DNA from: Candidatus Latescibacterota bacterium
GTDB taxonomy: Bacteria > Latescibacterota > UBA2968
Length of the DNA stretch: 64,000 nt
NCBI GenBank assembly: GCA_965222605.1
Contig: OZ244960.1
Span: forward strand, 896,001-960,000
Reading direction: 5' to 3'
Part shown: in pieces, positions 18,154-27,200 of the stretch
Numbering within the stretch: the first letter of the stretch is position 1
Layout: each line of letters begins with the position of its first letter
Notes under the pieces: generated by a model
Told to the model about the DNA's origin: nothing
Database searches by the model: none
What the model saw: only the letters and a program-made list of their open reading frames with translations
Translations under genes and position numbers: made by a program

Positions 18154-18298
18154 GATTAAACGATCATCAAAGAGCCGGAGTAGTTTCGCATTCAACCTGT
18201 CTGATGGCAGATCCCAACGTATCACGCATCGCGGTTCTCAGGTGGCACGCCGGTAAAGGAAGAGCCGCTCTCCGCACAGCTTTGCGAGGAGATTAAGT

Positions 18299-18913
18299 AT
18301 GATCATCCAGGGGAAAAGACATCCATTCGTATGGCTTACGATAATGGCACTGATTGTGGCAGGCTGTGGGAGTAGTTTGCCCAAACATGTCTTAAGACTA
18401 ACACCAGATACATTACAGAACAGGTCCTTACAAACAAGAAAATACGAAGGCATTTCAGAAGCTGATCTTTTATCTGCATCTACTGGTGTGATTCAAGATT
18501 TGGGATTCATCATTGATGAGAGCGAGATAAATCTCGGACTTATCGTTGGCTCAAAAGACAGAGATGCACCTCCTGATGCAGGACAGCGGATAGGGCAAGT
18601 GCTTGGGGGAATTTTTATGTTCACTCTCGCTATAGCCGCTGCTGCTATAGACGAGGAAGACATTGCTGAAGATCTTATAGATAACATGGTTTTGTCTGTT
18701 GACGACTATCAAAAGTTATGGGCGTCTATTGTTATCCGTCCAGCATCGGAAGATGACGATAAAATACACTATGTCAGGGTGACATTTCAGCGGATTGTTT
18801 GGGATACCGAAGGCGAAATAGACAGAATGCAAAGCCTAAGTGAGCCTGAAATGTATCAAAAGTTCTTCGATCTTCTTTCAAAATCAGTCTTTCTGGAAGG
18901 GGAAAAAATATGA
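18299..18913 (+). CDS. lipoprotein, array type B (copy 2)
   Basis: Lipobox VAGC; paralog of 17036-17590 with a different central hydrophobic insert. Confidence 0.82.
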   Translation: MIIQGKRHPFVWLTIMALIVAGCGSSLPKHVLRLTPDTLQNRSLQTRKYEGISEADLLSASTGVIQDLGFIIDESEINLGLIVGSKDRDAPPDAGQRIGQVLGGIFMFTLAIAAAAIDEEDIAEDLIDNMVLSVDDYQKLWASIVIRPASEDDDKIHYVRVTFQRIVWDTEGEIDRMQSLSEPEMYQKFFDLLSKSVFLEGEKI

Positions 18914-19377
18914 ACCTCTCCGGGATATTGATAGTCGCTATTGCCACATTAATCGCGCTTTCTGGATGCACATCATCATCTGGAAGCACATCATCACAAG
19001 AGCAATTGCTGAAGATGGATGAAAGCCAGGTTAAGCTGCGAAGCATGCAAACCCGTGCATTCGATACCACAGATAAAGATAAAATGCTCAGCACTGTAAT
19101 ATCCACACTTCAGGATTTAGACTATATCGTGAATGAAGCAAATGAAGTGATCGGAACGGTTAGTGCCCGAACAACTCACATTAGATATAAATACCTGAAA
19201 AAGAAAAAATATCCACTGCTAATAACGGTTACTGTTCGTCCAAGGGGCGAAACCCAATTGTTGGTACGTGCGAACGCTCAGTACAACCAAAAAGCTGTTG
19301 AAAATCCATTAGTATATCAAAATTTCTTCACTGTTTTGGCAAAATCAATTTTTCTCACTGCTCACGAGGTTGATTAA
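18910..19377 (+). CDS. lipoprotein, array type C (copy 2)
   Basis: Lipobox LSGC; LRSMQTRAFDT...TAHEVD*. Confidence 0.85.
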   Translation: MNLSGILIVAIATLIALSGCTSSSGSTSSQEQLLKMDESQVKLRSMQTRAFDTTDKDKMLSTVISTLQDLDYIVNEANEVIGTVSARTTHIRYKYLKKKKYPLLITVTVRPRGETQLLVRANAQYNQKAVENPLVYQNFFTVLAKSIFLTAHEVD

Positions 19378-19977
19378 ACGACCATTGTCTCAGCCACAAT
19401 ACCGATAAAAATAAAAACATCTAAAGGGACATAAAATATGGCAATCTCCAGGATATTGACGGCTGTAATTGCCACCTCCATATTAATCGGGTTGCCCGGA
19501 TGTGGAACACTACAAAAGCGAATGATGGAATTGGAGACAAGTCGTCAACTCAAGCTGCGAAGCATGCAAACCCGTGCATTCGATACCACAGATAAAAATA
19601 AAATGCTTAGAACTGTAATAGCCACACTTCAGGATTTAGGCTATATCGTGAATGAAGCAAATGAAGTGATCGGAACGGTTAGTGCTCACACAACCAGTAA
19701 ATATATAATCTTGGAAAAGAAAAAATATCCACTGCTAATAACGGTTACTGTTCGTCCAAGGGGCGAAACCCAATTGTTGGTACGTGCGAACGCTCGGTAC
19801 AAACAACAAGAAGCTATTGAAAATCCATTATTTTATCAAAATTTCTTCACTGTTTTGGCAAAATCAATTTTTCTCACTGCTCACGAGGTTGATTAAACGA
19901 CCATTGTCTCAGCCACAATACCGATAAAAATAAAAACATCTAAAGGGACATAAAATATGGCAATCTCCAGGATATTG
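19315..19977 (+). repeat. 144-bp identical direct repeat (19315-19458 = 19834-19977)
   Basis: Gene end, intergenic region and next gene start are identical at a 519-bp offset. Confidence 0.9.
19438..19896 (+). CDS. lipoprotein, array type C (copy 3)
   Basis: Lipobox LPGC; LRSMQTRAFDT...TAHEVD*. Confidence 0.85.
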   Translation: MAISRILTAVIATSILIGLPGCGTLQKRMMELETSRQLKLRSMQTRAFDTTDKNKMLRTVIATLQDLGYIVNEANEVIGTVSAHTTSKYIILEKKKYPLLITVTVRPRGETQLLVRANARYKQQEAIENPLFYQNFFTVLAKSIFLTAHEVD

Positions 19978-20365
19978 GCGGCTGTAATCGCCACCTCCAT
20001 ATTAATCGGGCTGTCCGGATGCGCAACACCAAAAAAGCAGGAGACAAGTCAATTTGCGAAGCATGCAAACCCGTGCATTCGACTCTACAGACGAAAAAAA
20101 GACGCTTAGAAGTGTAATATCCACACTTCAAGATTTCGACTTTCTCATAGATGAAGTAAATAAAGTACTTGGAGTGGTTAGTGCCACAAGAAGGACCGAT
20201 TGGTTGCAAATAACAGTTACTGTTCGCCCAAAAGGTGAAACACAAGTATTTGTGCGTGCGAATATGGAATACAGGCAAAAGGGGGTTGAAGATCCAGCAG
20301 TATATCAAAAATTCTTCACGTATTTGGAAAAATCGATGTTTCTGACCGCTCACGAGGTTGATTAA
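19957..20365 (+). pseudogene. frameshifted lipoprotein, array type C (copy 4)
   Basis: ATG 19957 encodes MAISRILAAVIATSILIGLSGCATPKKQETSQ in a different frame from the LRSMQTRAF..TAHEVD body starting at 20054. Confidence 0.8.
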
Positions 20366-20420
20366 ACGACCATTGTGTCAGCTTCATCGACGCAATATCC
20401 CAGACCAGAGGAATAGAAAT

Positions 20421-20843
20421 ATGAATATCTCCAGGATACTGATGACAACAATTGCCGCATCCATTTTAATTGGGTTGTCCGGAGGTGTGTCATTTTCACA
20501 AAAAATAGAACTACATGAAAGTCAATTAGAAATTCGAAGCATGCAAACCCGTGCATTCGATACCACAGATGAGAATAAGACGCTTAGAGCTATAATAGCC
20601 ACACTTCAAGATTTCGGCTTTGTCATAAATAAAGCAGATGAAGCACTTGGAACGATTACTGCCAGAAGAATCGACAAATATTCATTGCGAATAACAGTTA
20701 CTGTTCGTACAAGGGGTGAAACGCAAGTGTTAGTGCGTATGAATGCGTACTATGGTCGGCCTGTTAGGAAACCAATAATATATCAAAATTTCTTCACATC
20801 TCTGGCAAAGTCGATGTTTTTGACCGCTCACGAGGTTGATTAA
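20421..20843 (+). CDS. array type C (copy 5), lipobox Cys replaced by Gly
   Basis: ILIGLSGGVSFSQ instead of LSGC; IRSMQTRAFDT...TAHEVD*. Confidence 0.82.
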   Translation: MNISRILMTTIAASILIGLSGGVSFSQKIELHESQLEIRSMQTRAFDTTDENKTLRAIIATLQDFGFVINKADEALGTITARRIDKYSLRITVTVRTRGETQVLVRMNAYYGRPVRKPIIYQNFFTSLAKSMFLTAHEVD

Positions 20844-20890
20844 ACGACCATTCAAGCCGTATCTCCTTTCCGATATTGAGCAATAAACCC

Positions 20891-23800
20891 ATGCAAAAAT
20901 TCATTCTTTATTCCACCTTTTTTATTCTCGTCCTCTTGCTATTCGTGCGAGATAGTCGCGCTCAAAACGCCCTTACAGGGCATACCAATGCCGTCGAATC
21001 TGTGGCATTTTCTCAGGATGGCGCGCTACTCGCTTCTGGGTCAAGGGATGGCACGATCAAGTTGTGGAACGCGACGACCAGACAAAATACCGACACCTTT
21101 GACGGACACACGGATGTGGTCAGTGCTGTGGCATTTGCCCCAGATGGGACACTACTCGCTTCTGGATCATCAGTAGATGGCACAGTCAAGTTGTGGAACG
21201 TGCTGGCAGGCACAAATATCGCCATCCTTGAGGAACATACAGATGTGGTCAGTGCTGTGGCATTTACCTCAGATGGGATATTGCTCGCTTCCGGATCCGT
21301 GAATGGCGCGATCCTCCTGTGGGATGTGGCGACAAAGACCGCCACCAACCTTAAGGGACAGCCGGTCAGTTCTATAGCGTTTTCACAAGATGGGACGCTA
21401 CTCGCTTCCGGGTCAGCGAATGGCACAATCCTGCTGTGGGATGTCGCGACGGGCACAAATATCGCCACCTTTGACGAGCATACGGATGATGTCTCATCTG
21501 TAGCGTTTTCACAAGATGGAACGCTACTCGCTTCCGGGTCTGATGATAACACGGTCAAGCTGTGGGACGTGCAGGCGGGCACAAATATCACCACCCTTGA
21601 GGAACATACTGATGCCGTCAGTTCTGTGGCGTTTTCACAAGATGGAACGGTACTATCCTCCGGATCAGTGGATGGCATGGTTACACTCTGGAACGTGGGA
21701 AAAAGAAAACAGATCACCACCCTTGAGGAACATAGGGATGCGATCCGCTCTGTGGCGTTTTCCTCTGATGGAACGCTACTCGCTTCCGGGTCATTAGATG
21801 GCAGGATCTTGCTTTGGAACGTATCAGAATGGACACGGCCTCGCCCCGATATACTGAGAAAAATCTCCGGCGACAACCAGCAAGGCACACCCAGAGCAAT
21901 ATTGGCAAATCCCCTGATCGTTGAAGTACGAGATCAAAACGATAATCCCTTATCAGATGTGCAAGTCACCTTCAGAGTTACCGCCGGCGCGGGAAAGCTC
22001 AGCGGACGATTCACGATTGAGTACGCAACAACCGATGCCAATGGCCACGCAGAGAGGTCACTTACCCTCGGTCCCAATCCGGGAACAAACACCGTTGAGG
22101 TATCTATCGTCGGGCGCGACCCGGAGACGTTTAATGCAATAAGCATTGGAACGCCTGCGGTGCCGAGCCTGGACGGTGATTATCCAACATGGCATGTACC
22201 CGACGGTGCAATCGCACGCCTGGGAAAAGGACCTATTGGTACGGGGGACAAAGCGGTCGCATTCTCGCCAAACGGTCAAAGTCTCGCTGTGGCAAGTGGC
22301 ATTGGCGTATGGCTTTACGATGTGGCGACCTCCCGTGAACTCATGCTACTACCCTCTGCGAGTGCAGTCAGTTCTGTGGCGTTTTCAAGAGATGGGATGC
22401 AACTGGCTTCAGGGTCAGTAGATGGCACGGTTGCGCTGTGGGACATCGCGACGGGACAAAATACCGACACATTTGAAGCGCGCAGGGGCAATATCTCTCC
22501 CGTAGCATTTTCACAATATGAGACGCTGACAGCTTCCAGATCAGTCGAATCGGTGGCATTTTCACCTGATGGAACACTGATAGCTTCTGGGCGAAAGGAT
22601 GGCACAGTTGTGCTGTGGGATATTGCGACTGGGAACGCCACCACCCTTGAGGGGCATACAGATTGGGTCAGTTCTGTGGCGTTTTCTCGCCAGGGGGTAC
22701 TGGCTTCCGGGTCTTTGGATAGAACGATCAAACTGTGGGACATCGCGACGGGACAAAATACCGACACCTTTGAGGCGCACAGAGGCAATGTCTTGTCCGT
22801 GGCATTTTCACCCGATGGAACAATACTCGCTTCCGGATCAGGGGATGGCACGGTCGTGCTGTGGAACATTGCGACTGAAAATGCCATCATCCTTGAAGGG
22901 CATACAGATGATGTCAGTTCTGTGTCATTTTCACCCGATGGAACAATACTATCTTCCGGATCTGATGATAATACGATCAAACTGTGGAACGTGCAGGCGC
23001 GCAAAAATACCGCCACCTTTGAAAAACATACAGATAACGTCAGTTCTGTATCCCTGTCTCAGGATGAGGATGGGACGCTACTACTCGCTTCTGGTTCTTT
23101 GGATGGCGCAATCCTCCTGTGGGACGCAGCGACTGGAAACGCCTCCACCCTTGAAGGGCATACACAGGCAGTCAGTTCTGTATCCTTTTCACCTAATGAG
23201 GATGAGACGCTACTCGCTTCCGGGTCTTTAGATGGCACGATTCTACTGTGGGACACAGCGAGAAGAGAGCAGATTACCACCCTTGATGGATATTCGGGAG
23301 ATGTCTTTTCTGTGTCGTTTTCCCCAGATGGGAGGCTGATAGCTTCCGGGTCTTTGGATGGCACGATCCTCCTGTGGGACATTGCGACTGGAAACACCAC
23401 CACACTTGAGGGACAGGCGGTCAGTTCTGTCGCGTTCTCTCCCGATGAGGATGAAACGCTACTCGCTTCTGGATCAGTAGATGGCACGATCCTCCTGTGG
23501 GACATTGCGACTGGAAACACCACCACTCTTAAGGGACAGGCAGTCAGTTCTATCGCCTTCTCTCCCGATGGGACAATACTCGCTTCCGGATCTCTGGATG
23601 GCACGATCCTCCTGTGGGACATTGCGACTGAAAACACCACCTCACTTGAGGGACATACGCAGGTGGTCAGTTCTATGGCATTTTCGCAGGATGAGGATGG
23701 ACTACTCGCTTCCGGGTCAGTAGATGGCACGATTCTGCTATGGGATGTAGCCACGCGCACCACTACCGCTACCCTTAAGGGACAGGCAGTCAGTTCTGTG

Positions 23801-24205
23801 TCCTTTTCACCCGATGGGACGCTACTATCTTCCGGGTCTTTGGATGGCACGGTCCTCCTGTGGGACATTGCGACGGAAAACGCCACCATTCTTGAGGGAC
23901 ATAAGGACAACGTCTTTTCCGTGGCGTTTTCCCCAGATGGAATGCTGCTATCTTCCGGATCAGGGGATGGCACAATTCTGTTGTGGGATATGTCGCCGTA
24001 TATCACACCTTCAACCCCTACGCCAGCCCCTACACCTGACTTTAATGGCGATGGAACTGTTGGTATTCCCGACTTTTTGCTATTTGTAGAGCACTTCGGG
24101 GTAAGTCAAGGGGCTGCGGGGTATGATGCACGATACGATCTGGATGGCGACGGCACAATTGGGGTGGGTGATTTTCTGATCTTTATCGATGCCTTCGGCA
24201 AATAA
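20891..24205 (+). CDS. secreted WD40-repeat protein with Big_1/invasin Ig-like domain and C-terminal dockerin-like EF-hand module
   Basis: Signal peptide ..DSRAQ; about 21 GH..SVAFS.DG..LASGS.DG.I.LWD repeats; ISGDNQQG..NPLIVEVRD Ig domain; PDFNGDGTVGIPDFLLF..YDLDGDGTIGVGDFLIF. Confidence 0.92.
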   Translation: MQKFILYSTFFILVLLLFVRDSRAQNALTGHTNAVESVAFSQDGALLASGSRDGTIKLWNATTRQNTDTFDGHTDVVSAVAFAPDGTLLASGSSVDGTVKLWNVLAGTNIAILEEHTDVVSAVAFTSDGILLASGSVNGAILLWDVATKTATNLKGQPVSSIAFSQDGTLLASGSANGTILLWDVATGTNIATFDEHTDDVSSVAFSQDGTLLASGSDDNTVKLWDVQAGTNITTLEEHTDAVSSVAFSQDGTVLSSGSVDGMVTLWNVGKRKQITTLEEHRDAIRSVAFSSDGTLLASGSLDGRILLWNVSEWTRPRPDILRKISGDNQQGTPRAILANPLIVEVRDQNDNPLSDVQVTFRVTAGAGKLSGRFTIEYATTDANGHAERSLTLGPNPGTNTVEVSIVGRDPETFNAISIGTPAVPSLDGDYPTWHVPDGAIARLGKGPIGTGDKAVAFSPNGQSLAVASGIGVWLYDVATSRELMLLPSASAVSSVAFSRDGMQLASGSVDGTVALWDIATGQNTDTFEARRGNISPVAFSQYETLTASRSVESVAFSPDGTLIASGRKDGTVVLWDIATGNATTLEGHTDWVSSVAFSRQGVLASGSLDRTIKLWDIATGQNTDTFEAHRGNVLSVAFSPDGTILASGSGDGTVVLWNIATENAIILEGHTDDVSSVSFSPDGTILSSGSDDNTIKLWNVQARKNTATFEKHTDNVSSVSLSQDEDGTLLLASGSLDGAILLWDAATGNASTLEGHTQAVSSVSFSPNEDETLLASGSLDGTILLWDTARREQITTLDGYSGDVFSVSFSPDGRLIASGSLDGTILLWDIATGNTTTLEGQAVSSVAFSPDEDETLLASGSVDGTILLWDIATGNTTTLKGQAVSSIAFSPDGTILASGSLDGTILLWDIATENTTSLEGHTQVVSSMAFSQDEDGLLASGSVDGTILLWDVATRTTTATLKGQAVSSVSFSPDGTLLSSGSLDGTVLLWDIATENATILEGHKDNVFSVAFSPDGMLLSSGSGDGTILLWDMSPYITPSTPTPAPTPDFNGDGTVGIPDFLLFVEHFGVSQGAAGYDARYDLDGDGTIGVGDFLIFIDAFGK

Positions 24206-24283
24206 GGATCCTCGAATTAACAACTGCTCTAATCGCGGACCAAATGTTAGCCCTGAGTGGCAAAACTATCTACACGGTTAATC

Positions 24284-27200
24284 ATGAAACCTCCCGTTAA
24301 ATTTCTCTCCTTCATACTTGGCATCACCAGTCTGCTGAGCCTGATATTCTTGATTTACCCGCGATCACTATCCCCACAGACCAGCAACTTAGCCTTAGAG
24401 ACCGCTGCGCCACCTTCTCTCGACTTTGACGGCAGTGGGATTGTGGATTTTCCCGACTTTTTGATGTTTATAAGCGCGTTTGGATCCGAGGAGGGCCAGA
24501 ATAAGTACAATGCAAAATACGATCTCAATAGCGATGGCAAAATTGCCTTTGAAGACTTTCTAATTTTAACCGACAACTTTGGAAAAAACATTGTAGCACA
24601 AAAGTCTCCAACGTCATCGGATCAGGACGCGAGCACGACTCAAAGCATGGCGGAGAACACGGGGACCACCGGTGCGACATTGCCTGTTACCGCGTTGGAT
24701 GAATCGGTTGTCGCATCAACACCACAGCCATTGACAGAAGCGACATTGGATGGCAGTGTGGTCAAACTGACCCTGAGCAGTGCTGCTTACGAGTCGTTTA
24801 TCTTCGACATTCGAGATAACGTGAAGGTATCGGGTATTGCTGGGGTTACCTTTGACAGTTTCTTCGATGTAGATCGCGTGAGCGATACAGTGGTAACCGT
24901 TGAGCTTACATTCAGTGGGAATATGACCACCGATGGCACGCTGATTTTCACCGTGGGAGCAGGTGCCATAGCCAACTACAGTGGCTCTGCACTCACTGCG
25001 ACATTGTCCGTTACCGCGCTGGAGGAATCGGTGGTCGCGTCAACACCACAGCCATTGACAGAAGCGACATTGAATGGCAGTGTGGTCACCCTGACCCTGA
25101 CAGGACGTTCTTATGAGCGGTCCGTGTTCGACATTAGTGATGCGGTGAAAGTATCAGGCATTTCCGGGGTTACCTTTGACGGTTTCTTCGATATAGATCG
25201 CGAGAGCGATACAGAGGTAACCGTTGAGCTTACATTCAGTGGGAATATGACCACCAATGGCACACTGACCTTCACGGTAGAGGCAGCTGCCATAGCGGGC
25301 TACAATGGTCCCGCACTCACTGCGACATTGCCCGTTACCGCTGGCCCTGGTAATGGAAGCCAACCACCACAACCACCGCCACCGGGCGGGGGCACGCCCA
25401 CTGGAAGTCCCGATCTAATTGTCGAATCGCCTACAGTCAGCGATAGTAGTCCGGGTCCAGAAGCTTACTTCACACTAAGTGCGACTGTTCGCAATCAGGG
25501 CGGCAGTCGGTCTGACTTTACGACATTGCGCTATTATCTATCAACCGATGAGACTATCACGACAGGTGATACGGAAGTAGATACGGACTTCGTGAGCCGC
25601 CTTGACGCTTCTGAAACCAGTGATGAGTCTGCTCGTTTGACAGCACCGTCGAGTGAGGGCACATATTACTACGGTGCCTGTGTCGAGTCTGTGTCTGGCG
25701 AATCCGACACAGGTAACAACTGCTCCGATGCAGTGCGTGTCACTGTTACTGGTTCTGACTTAGTCGTTGAATCGCCTTCGGTCGATAATAACACCCCGGG
25801 ACCGGGGGAGTCTTTCTACCTGAGTGCGACTGTTCGCAATCAGGGCGGCAGTCGGTCTGACTTTACGACATTGCGCTATTATCTGTCAACCGATGAGACT
25901 ATCACGACAGGTGATACGGAAGTAGATACGGACTTCGTGAGCCGCCTTGACGCTTCTGAAACCAGCGATGAGTCTGCTCGTTTGACAGCACCGTCGAGTG
26001 AGGGCACATATTACTACGGTGCCTGTGTCGAGTCTGTGTCTGGCGAATCCGACACAGGTAACAACTGCTCCGGTGCTGTCGCCATCACTATTACTGGTTC
26101 TGACTTAGTCGTTGAAGCACCCACAGTCAGCGAAGACATCCTGGGGCCAGAGGAATACTTCAGGCTAAGCACCACTGTTCGCAATCAGGGTGGCAGTCGA
26201 TCTGCCTCTACGACATTGCACTATTATCTGTCAACCGATGAGACCATTACGACAGGTGATACGGAAATAGAAACCAGCTACGTTAGCTCCCTTGATCCTT
26301 CTGAAACCAGCGATGAGAGGGCTTATTTGGACGCCCCGTTGAGCGAGGGCAAGTATTACTATGGCGCCTGTGTCGAGAGCGTCACTGGAGAGAGTAATAC
26401 GGGTAACAACTGCTCCAGTGCTGTCACTGTCACTGTTAGTGGTTCTGACTTAGTCGTTGAATCGCCTTCGGTCAGTGATAATACCCTTTCGTCAGGGCAA
26501 TCCTTCTACCTGAATGCGACGGTTCGCAATCAGGGTGGCAGTCGATCTGCTTCTACGACATTGCGCTATTATCTGTCAACGAATGAGACGATCAATACGA
26601 GCGATACGGAAGTAGATACGGACTATGTGAGTTTCCTTGACGCTTCTGAAAGTAGTGATGAGTCTGCTCGTTTGGCGGCCCCTTCGGGTGAGGGCACGTA
26701 CTATTACGGTGCCTGTGTCGAGGCAGTCACTGGCGAATCCGACACAGGTAACAACTGCTCCAATGCTGTCGCCGTGACCGTAGCTCGCACGATCAGTACC
26801 AATCAGCCACCGACTTTCAGCGAGGGTTCGAGCACCACGCGCAGCTTGCACGAGAACACGACAGGGACACAGGATATCGGGAACCCGGTGCGTGCGACAG
26901 ATAGCGACCATGACAGGCTGACCTACAGCCTTGAAGGTACGGATATAGGGAGTTTCAGCATTACCTCAACCACCGGTCAGATCAGAACCCTATCGAGTGT
27001 AACGTACGACTATGAGACAAAAAGTAGCTATTCAGTGAGGGTGCGGGTAGATGACAGTCAAGGTGGCAGCGCGATCATTGCTGTGAGGATCACCCTGACC
27101 GATGAGAACGAATCGCCACACAGACCTGCTGCGCCCACAGTGACCGCCTCAACGTTGAATAGCCTGAGTGTGCGTTGGACGGCACCGAATAACACCGGAC

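Noticed and set aside
17698-20846. Regularly recurring 21-26 bp identical sequences as a CRISPR array
   Set aside because: Spacing is about 480-1370 bp, the repeats lie in coding sequence, and no cas genes are present
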